Under the pieces are notes generated by a model. The model was given only the letters and a program-made list of their open reading frames with translations. It searched no databases and was not told where the DNA came from. Below, piece by piece: positions 30,201 through 38,204 of a DNA stretch of 64,000 nt; the stretch's first letter is position 1; each line of letters starts with the position of its first letter. The translations under genes and the position numbers were made by a program. The stretch covers positions 1,952,001 through 2,016,000 of the forward strand of contig OY762209.1 in NCBI GenBank assembly GCA_963665295.1. Direction: 5' to 3'. The stretch is from Syntrophorhabdaceae bacterium. GTDB lineage: Bacteria; Desulfobacterota; Syntrophorhabdia; Syntrophorhabdales; Syntrophorhabdaceae.

Positions 30201-30292
30201 GGGGCCACAAAAAAACCGACTATCGTAAAAACAACGATCACGGCTCCTATCCACGCGAGAGTTTTCAGTGTCTTACGCATCCACCCCTTCAA
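27278..30292 (-). CDS. DUF748 domain protein (AsmA-like, OmpA-like C-terminus)
   Basis: N-terminal TM anchor, repeated beta-rich segments, [33 protein letters not shown], ends SRVDF. Confidence 0.85.
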   Translation of the reverse strand: [1004 protein letters not shown]

Positions 30293-30550
30293 AATGCACG
30301 CCTCCTTCGTTTCCAGTAGCGTCTATTCTTGAATTATAAGACTTCGCAGGATGAATGTCTATCAGCTTTCCGCCGCAACAGGGAATATGGTGAGGCTCCG
30401 GCGCAGGAATCGCGGGGTCCCGGGTGTGCAGTCCAAGGGCGCCTCCGGTTCCGGGACCATGAGGAAAGGCGCTGCTTCCGGCGGGAACATGGTGGGAGGG
30501 TAGCGGCAGATGCGTGCTGCACGCGCAAAGGGCGTCCTTATCCCCCGGTC

Positions 30551-32254
30551 TCAAGGAAAATCGGATGCCGCCACCAGCCTCCATCCACCGTCGCCCTTAA
30601 GTTCGAGCACGTGGCTGTGGTGGGCTACAAGGGTAGGCCTGTGGCCGACGCTCAGGTACGTGGCGCCTGAACTCCGCAGTTCGCCGTAAAGGTGGGTTTC
30701 GTTGGTCACGTCGAGGGCGCTTGTGGCCTCATCCAGCACCGCGTAGCGGGGGTTTGCAAGGAGCAGGCGCGCAAAGGCGAGACGCTGCTGCTCTCCCAGG
30801 GAAAGGAGGTGGCCCCAGTCCATCTCCACGTCGAAGCCGCCCACCCTGTCCGGCAGATCGTCGAGTTTGACCCTCTCCAACATGCGCCTCAACTCCCCAA
30901 TGTCGATCTCACGGTCCAGGCGGGGATAAAGGAGCTGTTCCCTCAGTGATCCCAGTATCATGTAGGGACTTTGAGGCAGGAACATCATCTCTTCGAGGGG
31001 AGGGCGGATAACCCGCCCGCGGCCGGAGTTCCAGAGTCCCGCAATGGCGCGCAGAAGAGAGCTTTTGCCCGTGCCGCTCGGCCCTACGATCAGCAGACCT
31101 TCACCTGAGGGGACGGTAAGAGAGAGGTCGCTGAAAAGGGTATGCCGGTAGTCGGGCGTCTGGAGGGTGAGGTGCTCCAGGGCCAGACGGGGCTCCCTCA
31201 CGGACTCGACCACGGGCAGTTCCGGGGTTATCTCCCTTTTCAGGGGGTCGCCGAGGGCGGAGGCGAAGGACTCGATACGGGTGATGCCCGCGGCAAAGGC
31301 GCTCAGCTGCTCGAACTGGGCGACGATAATCGACACAGCCCCAAGGACCTGCGCAAAGGCGCTTGAAGCCTGGGTTACCACGCCGAATTTGATCTGGCCG
31401 CCGAAGTAAAGGGGGGCCATCACGACAAAGGGGAGCACCAGGATAATATATTCATAGCCTTTGGTGAAGAACCCCACGTTCCGTTGCCACCCGATGAGAA
31501 ATCTCAGGTTTGTTATGGCCTCACCCAGGCGGCGCCGGACCTGCCCCGCTTCCCGTTCTTCTCCCTGATAAAAGGCGATCGATTCGGCGTTATCCCTTAC
31601 ATGCACCAGACCGTACCTGAGGTCGGCCTCCCGCCGGAGTTGGAGAAAATTGAGGTTGATCATCTTCTTGCCGAAGAGCATGGTGACCCCGGTGCCCACG
31701 GCGGCATAGAGGAGGAGCACCACGACGAGGGGAATGGAAATGGACCAGAGGATACCCACGAAGGATACGAGTTGAACAGCGGAAAAGAAAAGGGTGGAGA
31801 GAAAATCGAGGCTGTTCACCGTGAAAGAGGAAATATCCTGGGCGATTCGTTGATCAGGGTTATCGATTTGTCCTTCCTGGTCTATATGGTAATACGCGCG
31901 GTCCTGGAAATACCGTCCTATGAAGTGATCGGTAAGCCAGAGGCGCCAGCTCACCCCCAGCCTCCTGCTCGCGTACAGGAAATAGACGCTTACCGGTGTG
32001 GCAATGATGAATATGCCGAGGTAGATGAACATGCTGCGGTAGAAGTCACTCTCTTTCTTCTCCGAGAGGGCGGTCATAAAATCCCTTCCCACGTAGCTTA
32101 ATGTTATGTTCATGAGAGAAAAGGAGAAAAGAAGGGCCAGAACAAGGGCGAGAAGCCCCCGGGCCTTCCATTTGTCCTCCGAAAACCAGTAGAGCCGCGC
32201 TATCTTCCAGAACCCGGACCACAGCTTTCGGTCAAAGATATTTATGTTCACCAT
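30551..32254 (-). CDS. Fused ABC transporter permease/ATPase (YddA/ABCD-like)
   Basis: DNPDQRI, EAD.RY.LVHVRDNAESIAFY, GPSGTGKSS, LSLGEQQR, LDEATSALD, SVGH; start set at ATG 32254. Confidence 0.92.
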   Translation of the reverse strand: MVNINIFDRKLWSGFWKIARLYWFSEDKWKARGLLALVLALLFSFSLMNITLSYVGRDFMTALSEKKESDFYRSMFIYLGIFIIATPVSVYFLYASRRLGVSWRLWLTDHFIGRYFQDRAYYHIDQEGQIDNPDQRIAQDISSFTVNSLDFLSTLFFSAVQLVSFVGILWSISIPLVVVLLLYAAVGTGVTMLFGKKMINLNFLQLRREADLRYGLVHVRDNAESIAFYQGEEREAGQVRRRLGEAITNLRFLIGWQRNVGFFTKGYEYIILVLPFVVMAPLYFGGQIKFGVVTQASSAFAQVLGAVSIIVAQFEQLSAFAAGITRIESFASALGDPLKREITPELPVVESVREPRLALEHLTLQTPDYRHTLFSDLSLTVPSGEGLLIVGPSGTGKSSLLRAIAGLWNSGRGRVIRPPLEEMMFLPQSPYMILGSLREQLLYPRLDREIDIGELRRMLERVKLDDLPDRVGGFDVEMDWGHLLSLGEQQRLAFARLLLANPRYAVLDEATSALDVTNETHLYGELRSSGATYLSVGHRPTLVAHHSHVLELKGDGGWRLVAASDFP

Positions 32255-32262
32255 GGGCGGCT

Positions 32263-32967
32263 TCAGCGCATGAAGTTCTGTCCCAACTGCTTTATCATCC
32301 AGAGATAGAAGGTAATGGGGGAGCCCTCTATCTTGCTTTTCGCGCCCGTGCCCCACGCCACCAGGTGTATGGTTGTCTTTTCCGTGTCCGCATTTACGAT
32401 GCCGAGGGGCGGCACTTCATCGCTCACGATGGCGTTAATTTTCCTGTCCTTCTTGTCCGACGCCTCCACTTCCCAGGCGTTAATCGGCTTCCCGTTGACG
32501 GTGACCGTCTTTTTTCCCAACCTCTTCGCTACATAGGAACTCTGGAATTCTCCGATCTCCTTCCCTTTTCCTTCGTAAAACCTTGTGGGGACGATGAACG
32601 ACGGATACCCCTCAATCTGGATTATGACGTCGAGGATCTCCCCCGGGCCGCCCTTTGTTTCCTCCACGAGGAAGCGGCTCACCACAGGAGGGGCGCCCGC
32701 CGGTGTCACCTCCACCTCCATCCACGAATAAGGCTTGTCGTGAGACTGGGTCTTTTCGAGGGTGGCGATGTACATCCGGTAATGCTCCTGTTTGACGCGG
32801 TCGTGGATTGAGTAGGTAGCCCAGGAACCGGGAACGAATCTAAATACGTCCCCGATTACCACCATGGGTTTCTGTCCTTCCATCTCCGCTCCGAATGCCC
32901 CGCCCGCTGAGAGGCACAGGATCGCACAAAGGAGACAAGCCTGTATGAGTCGTGACCGTGCTGACAT
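32263..32967 (-). CDS. Exported hypothetical protein
   Basis: Signal peptide (..GGAFGA), GGAGG RBS, beta-rich mature part. Confidence 0.7.
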   Translation of the reverse strand: MSARSRLIQACLLCAILCLSAGGAFGAEMEGQKPMVVIGDVFRFVPGSWATYSIHDRVKQEHYRMYIATLEKTQSHDKPYSWMEVEVTPAGAPPVVSRFLVEETKGGPGEILDVIIQIEGYPSFIVPTRFYEGKGKEIGEFQSSYVAKRLGKKTVTVNGKPINAWEVEASDKKDRKINAIVSDEVPPLGIVNADTEKTTIHLVAWGTGAKSKIEGSPITFYLWMIKQLGQNFMR

Positions 32968-33004
32968 AATCGTTTCCTCCTTAGCGCGTATAATCGCCGT
33001 TCCG

Positions 33005-33967
33005 TCAATCCGAAGGCTGAGAGGCGTTTGAGATGATCTTCTTCGGGGTGCCGCACACGGGCCCGAGCTTCATGTACCAGAGGTCCGACTTTCCTCCCGG
33101 GTTCCCGTGGTTGCTCCCCTGCTCGAAGACGATAGCCTTCCCGCCATCGACGAAGGTGGGGTTGATGCCCTCAACGATCTTCCTTTTCTTGCCTTTTTTC
33201 ATATCGACAAGGTAGACTGTGTCTGTTGTCGCCTCCGAAATGGAGGGGGAATAACAGAGGATGTGCATCCCGTCCGATGAGAAACGAGGCCTCCAGTACG
33301 GAGTGCCGTCGGAAAAATCCTTCGGGTAGTGAAAGAGCGGCTTGCCCTTGAGGTCTACTACCTCGAAGCCGCCGGACACGTCGCCGGCGCTGTGCTGGAA
33401 TGCGACGAGGGTCTGGTCCGGAGAATAGGAAGGCGCGTCATAGATGTACCCCGTTTCAAGAAGGGCATTGGGGTAAGTCATGATAGTCCTGAGTTTCAGG
33501 TTGAGGAGGTCTACCGAGGAGATGGAGACGGTAGCGTGGACTCTTGACATGTCTCCGAGTCCCTGGGCTTTGACGTTGGAGAGACCCACGAAGATGAAGC
33601 TGTTTCCGTCAAAGGAAAAGGAGGGGTCCTGGGCGGCATGGACGCCCTTGATGTCGAACCTTTTTGCGGCGCCCCCGTCGGTGGACATGAGGTAGAGGTG
33701 CCCGAACCCCGTGAGCCTGTCTTTACCGGAGTTGTAGACTACCCATTTCCCGTCCGGCGAGAGGGAAGGGGAGCCATCCTGGCCTGAGAAAGTCAACTGG
33801 CGTTCCTGAGAACCGTTGGTGTGGGCGATCCAGATATTGCCACCCCGGACGAAGGCGATCCTGTCGCTCCCTGTTGCCGAGACTTCTCCAAGGAGGAAGA
33901 CCGACAGCATGACGAAGAAGACCGCGAAGGTCACGATTCTACACTTGCCCACTTTCATATAGATCAA
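33005..33967 (-). CDS. TolB-like PD40 beta-propeller protein
   Basis: Signal peptide; repeated PS.SPDG / PSFSFDG / PSYSPD / PRFSSDG. Confidence 0.8.
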   Translation of the reverse strand: MIYMKVGKCRIVTFAVFFVMLSVFLLGEVSATGSDRIAFVRGGNIWIAHTNGSQERQLTFSGQDGSPSLSPDGKWVVYNSGKDRLTGFGHLYLMSTDGGAAKRFDIKGVHAAQDPSFSFDGNSFIFVGLSNVKAQGLGDMSRVHATVSISSVDLLNLKLRTIMTYPNALLETGYIYDAPSYSPDQTLVAFQHSAGDVSGGFEVVDLKGKPLFHYPKDFSDGTPYWRPRFSSDGMHILCYSPSISEATTDTVYLVDMKKGKKRKIVEGINPTFVDGGKAIVFEQGSNHGNPGGKSDLWYMKLGPVCGTPKKIISNASQPSD

Positions 33968-34198
33968 TCTATAACATCAGGTCCAACCATTCAACAGTTT
34001 TCTCCGGCCCCTTACCGCCAAATTCGCCGAAGTTAAGGCAACACTTCAGAATGATACAGCTTATGGCTGCAGTGAGGCAGGGGAGAGGCAGGAGCAAAGG
34101 CTTGGGAGCCTGGGTTGGCGTCATCTTCGCCCGGGAACCCGTCGGGGGAAGCGGAGGCCCTCCCGGCCTTTGTCGGTGGAGGGGGCGGTGCTGTCTCT

Positions 34199-35521
34199 TT
34201 AACTGCCGAAAAAGATGAAGGTTATGAGCAGGAAGAGGGGGATCAGGATGCTTACGGACCAGGCCATGTAGCCGAAGAAGGAGGGCATGTCGATGTCGTT
34301 TTCCTCGCAGATCGCCTTGACCATGAAGTTGGGACCGTTTCCTATGTAAGAGTTTGCACCCATGAAGACGCAGCCCACGGAAATGGCGGTGAGGAAGTGC
34401 CCGGGCACTCCCACTATAAGGCCCTCGGCAATGCCTTTGGCCGCGGCCACGCTCTGGGCCGTGCTCATGAAGACAAGGTAAGTGGGCGCGTTATCGAGAA
34501 AACTGGAGAGAGATCCGGAAGCCCAGAAGAATTGCCAGGGTTCGGTGACCCCGAGTTTGCTGCCCTCTGCCTGGAGCATGCTGAGCACGGGCACCATGGT
34601 CACGAATATGCCTGCGAAGAGTATGGCTACTTCAATAATCGGATGATAGGTGAAGGAGTTCTCCTCCCTCATGGTCACGGGCGTAAAGTAGATGGAGAGA
34701 AAAGCCGCGAGAAGCATCACGATCTCCCGGAAAATAGGAGGAATAAAGAAAGAGACGATCACCATGAGAAGAAAGAGAAGGTTTATCTTTCCCTTTACCT
34801 CGAGTTTTTTCGCGGGCAGTTCGTCGAGGGCCTTGAGCGCATCCTCTTCGTCTTCTCTCTTCACGAAGAACCTGTCAATGAAGAAGAAGACAAGAAGAAG
34901 GATTGCGATGGCGAAAGCCCAGACCGGGAGCAGCCTCAGGGTCCAGAAGAAGGGGACGCCCCGCAGAAATCCGAGAAAGAGAGGCGGGTCTCCGAGGGGA
35001 GTCAGCAAGCCCCCGATATTCGACACCATGAAGATAAAGAAGATGAATATATGAAGGACCCGTTTTCTCCACTTGTTGGCCCTTATCATGGGCCGTATGA
35101 GGACCATGCTTGCCCCTGTGGTGCCTATAACGCTCGCAAATATGGCGCCCACGAGCAGGAAGATGCAGTTGAGCCTGGGAGCCCCCTTGGCCCCGACACG
35201 GATCACGATGCCCCCCGCGATGATAAAGAGGGAGCCCAGGAGAATAATGAAGGAAACATACTCGATGATAACGTGGACCAGGAGTATCCACTCCTTTGAG
35301 ACCACGAGGGCGGCCGCGGGGATTGCGAGCCCGAGAGAAACGTACCCGTACTTCTTGCCCCACCACTCCCCGTTGATCAAGGGGATTAGGGCGATGGACA
35401 GAAGAAGGCCGATGAAAAAAACCGCGCTCCACATGGGGAACCCGGCAGCGCCCCCGGAGGCCGACGCAGGGGAGGGCATGAAGAAAAGCAGGTAAGCAAG
35501 ACTCGGCAAAATTCGTTTCAT
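34199..35521 (-). CDS. Putative Na+/H+ antiporter (IT superfamily)
   Basis: GTTGASM.LIRP, SNIGGLLTPLGDPPLFLGFL.GV, SSFLDNAPTY, YIGNGPNFMV. Confidence 0.85.
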   Translation of the reverse strand: MKRILPSLAYLLFFMPSPASASGGAAGFPMWSAVFFIGLLLSIALIPLINGEWWGKKYGYVSLGLAIPAAALVVSKEWILLVHVIIEYVSFIILLGSLFIIAGGIVIRVGAKGAPRLNCIFLLVGAIFASVIGTTGASMVLIRPMIRANKWRKRVLHIFIFFIFMVSNIGGLLTPLGDPPLFLGFLRGVPFFWTLRLLPVWAFAIAILLLVFFFIDRFFVKREDEEDALKALDELPAKKLEVKGKINLLFLLMVIVSFFIPPIFREIVMLLAAFLSIYFTPVTMREENSFTYHPIIEVAILFAGIFVTMVPVLSMLQAEGSKLGVTEPWQFFWASGSLSSFLDNAPTYLVFMSTAQSVAAAKGIAEGLIVGVPGHFLTAISVGCVFMGANSYIGNGPNFMVKAICEENDIDMPSFFGYMAWSVSILIPLFLLITFIFFGS

Positions 35522-35540
35522 TTTCTCCAGCCCTATGGGA

Positions 35541-36377
35541 TCAATAGATTATATGGGAAAGAATGCTCACCTTCACATGGTCTTCTATTCTTGTAACCTC
35601 CTTCAGTCCTTCAAGGGCGGCGAACAGTTTCTTCTTCCCATCCTCGCCGCCCACGACCCCCTTGACCAGAAGGGAACCGTCGTCCCGGGCCTCAAAGGCG
35701 ACCTTCCCGTAATCGTGGATCATATCGAGCTTAAAGAGGATGATCTCCGCTCGCTTTTCCAGGAGCAGACGGACCAACATCTTCCGGGCCTCGGCAGCCT
35801 GCTCCCGGGTAATGTATCCCTTCACGTAGCGTTCGGCCGCGTCCACGGCATAGTCGACAGGGACGGAACTGGAGTTGAACATGATATGGTACAGGGTAGG
35901 CTCGTCCGTATCACGGTCGAAGTAATGGGACACGAACGCCTTCTTGCCGTGGTCCATCTTCTCGATGAGGCTTTGGGCGTCTTCGTAGGATACGTTCTTG
36001 ATGCCCGCAATGGCGCGAACCCTGTCGGAGAGACGCCGCACCACCCTGGCGTGGAGGACGTTCGGCACGTGTTCGAGGATTATCTGCGAGCCCATGCCTA
36101 TGAAAACCGCGTTATCCTTAAGGGCAAGGTCGTACACGCAGGCCAAGAGCATGGTCTTGTAAAAATTCCTGTTCGCCATCAGTTCCTCGAATCTGTCAAG
36201 GAAGGAAGGGGCCTCCGGCTCCTCTACGCACAGGGAACAGAAGTGATCGAGAGCGAGTTTGTTCGCCTCTTTAAGATGTTCACTCCCATAACAGTTGTAC
36301 CCTAAACGCTCGCCTACCTGCCGGGCGTATTGAGAACCTCCGGATCCGTGCGTCCTCGATACCGTGACTATGGCCAT
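35541..36377 (-). CDS. Cytidylate kinase-like protein with C-terminal BON-like domain
   Basis: IVTVSRTHGSGG, YH..FN, C-terminal LLVKG.V..LEGLKEVTRIEDHVKV. Confidence 0.8.
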   Translation of the reverse strand: MAIVTVSRTHGSGGSQYARQVGERLGYNCYGSEHLKEANKLALDHFCSLCVEEPEAPSFLDRFEELMANRNFYKTMLLACVYDLALKDNAVFIGMGSQIILEHVPNVLHARVVRRLSDRVRAIAGIKNVSYEDAQSLIEKMDHGKKAFVSHYFDRDTDEPTLYHIMFNSSSVPVDYAVDAAERYVKGYITREQAAEARKMLVRLLLEKRAEIILFKLDMIHDYGKVAFEARDDGSLLVKGVVGGEDGKKKLFAALEGLKEVTRIEDHVKVSILSHIIY

Positions 36378-36615
36378 ATCTCCCCTCTGCTCGTTTTCTT
36401 AACGGAAAGAGTGCGTGAAAAAATCATACCTGAAGGGAATCCGCTTTGCAACGGATATTACGCCGGACTCCTTCTATTCTTCTCAAATTAGCCCCGCGGG
36501 CCTCCTTTGCGGTCCATCCATGTAAATAGAAGGCCACACAAATATCATGATCGCAACGACAGACAAGAGGAGGCATTATTACGGATAATATTCTTCAGGA
36601 GGTTTATGTCGTTCG

Positions 36616-37743
36616 GTGAGGGAAAGGCAGGGACAGATGTGTGTGGCGGGTGAAGCCTCCATTGTGCGTGCTTCGGACCTGGGAGGCGGAGGGTTTGAGG
36701 TCGGGCAGTATTCCGGGCCGAAAAAGGAAGGGTCCTTCGGAGAAGCCCAAAGGTACGAGGTCCGCGCCATGAAGCCCGGAGAATCCCCACGGGTATCGGA
36801 ACTTTTCCGTCTTGCCTATGGCTACTCGTACGGTAATCCCGCCGTTTACCGGCCCGACCGGTTTGAGAGACTCGTAAAGGGCGGGAGGATCGTCTCGATG
36901 GTGACCGTGGCGAGGGGACACGGGATCGTGGGACACAACGCGCTCGTGAGGAGCAATATTTGCGAAAGGACCGCCGAGGCGGCCATGGCCGTGGTCCATC
37001 CGGACTTCCGCCGACGGGGATTGCAGGCCCTGATGATCCAAAGGCTCGCGGAGGAGGCGAGGAAGATGGGTCTGCGGGGCATCGGCAGCAAGAGTGTAAC
37101 CAGTCACGTCTTTGCGCAGAGGGCGGGGATCAAAGCGGGCTTCAAAAGGTGCGCCCTGGTGGTGGGTCTTGTCCCGACCCACCGGAGGTACAGGGGCATC
37201 CATTCGGGACTTTCCCAACGGGAGTCGGTATTCTGCGGATTCCTTCCCTTCCCGGACCCCCGGGGCGTCGTGGTGTACCCCCCTGTCCGCCACCGGGAGT
37301 TCATAGAGAAGGTTTACGCCGGCATAGGCCTCTCCCGCACCTTCCGGTACGGAGAAGGCGCCGCCATAAGCGAGGGATGGTCCTCGGTAAGAACGACCAT
37401 CGCGCCCTCCTCCGGCAGGGCGGTGATTGATGTGCGCCGCTATGGGAAGGACATTATTCGCAGGGTGACAAGGACCTTGAAGGGTCTGCTGTCGCGCAAC
37501 GTGGAACAGGTTACGCTCCGCCTGAACCTCGAAGACCCCCTTACCGCCGCGGTGTTTTCGAAGGTTTTTGAAGATATGGGCTTCTTCATTGGAGGCGTCC
37601 TCCCCTGCGGAAAAATGGGGGATACCCTCATCCTTCAGTACCTGAACAATGTGTCCATAGATTATGACCGCATTCAGACATTCTCGGAGCCCGCACTGGA
37701 GATTCTTTCATATGTGAGGGACCACGACCCGCACAACAGTTAA
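36616..37743 (+). CDS. GNAT family acetyltransferase
   Basis: VVHPDFRRRGL acetyl-CoA motif, AYGYSY, FEDMGFFIGGVLP; start uncertain. Confidence 0.8.
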   Translation: MRERQGQMCVAGEASIVRASDLGGGGFEVGQYSGPKKEGSFGEAQRYEVRAMKPGESPRVSELFRLAYGYSYGNPAVYRPDRFERLVKGGRIVSMVTVARGHGIVGHNALVRSNICERTAEAAMAVVHPDFRRRGLQALMIQRLAEEARKMGLRGIGSKSVTSHVFAQRAGIKAGFKRCALVVGLVPTHRRYRGIHSGLSQRESVFCGFLPFPDPRGVVVYPPVRHREFIEKVYAGIGLSRTFRYGEGAAISEGWSSVRTTIAPSSGRAVIDVRRYGKDIIRRVTRTLKGLLSRNVEQVTLRLNLEDPLTAAVFSKVFEDMGFFIGGVLPCGKMGDTLILQYLNNVSIDYDRIQTFSEPALEILSYVRDHDPHNS

Positions 37744-37994
37744 AGGGGTTCACGTCGCACAGTTAGAGGGGCTCACGTCGCACAGTTAAAGGGACTCACG
37801 TCGCCCCCTCCACCGGCAAAGCCGGTAGAGCCTCCCCCTCTCGCACGCCTTGCGTGCTGTATGACCCTTGGACCTATGGGCTCACGTCGCCCCCTCCACC
37901 GGCAAAGCCCCACCCCCGCAGGCGGGTACCCGGCCTCCCCCTCTCGCACGCCTTGCGTGCTGGGTGACACTTGGAATTAAGGGTTCGCGTCGCA
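37736..37994 (+). repeat. Structured repeat family, locus 1 (3x 23-bp end repeat plus two ~85-bp-type units)
   Basis: ACAGTTARAGGGRYTCACGTCGC x3, then units CCCCTCCACCGGCAAAGCCGGTAGAGCCTCCCCCTCTCGCACGCCTTGCGTGCTG...; same family at 48.1 and 56.2 kb. Confidence 0.9.
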
Positions 37995-38204
37995 CGTCCA
38001 CGGACCGGAACCGGATCACAGAAACTTGGTGAACGAGTTTCTTTTATGCCATTAGCGGGTATAGCGGGCTGTCGTGCACGTTAAAATGTGGGAAACCCGA
38101 AGGGTTTTGCAAAGAATCGCCGAAGAATTTTTATGGTTTTCAACGATTCTGTCATTCTAATGTGCGAATTGGCCGGGATGATGTGCGCGGTTACACTTGT
38201 GAAG

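Noticed and set aside
36606..36653. 15-codon ORF with strong RBS, out of frame with the GNAT gene
   Set aside because: Could be an upstream ORF or an old frameshift, but the GNAT has in-frame starts and there is no further evidence.
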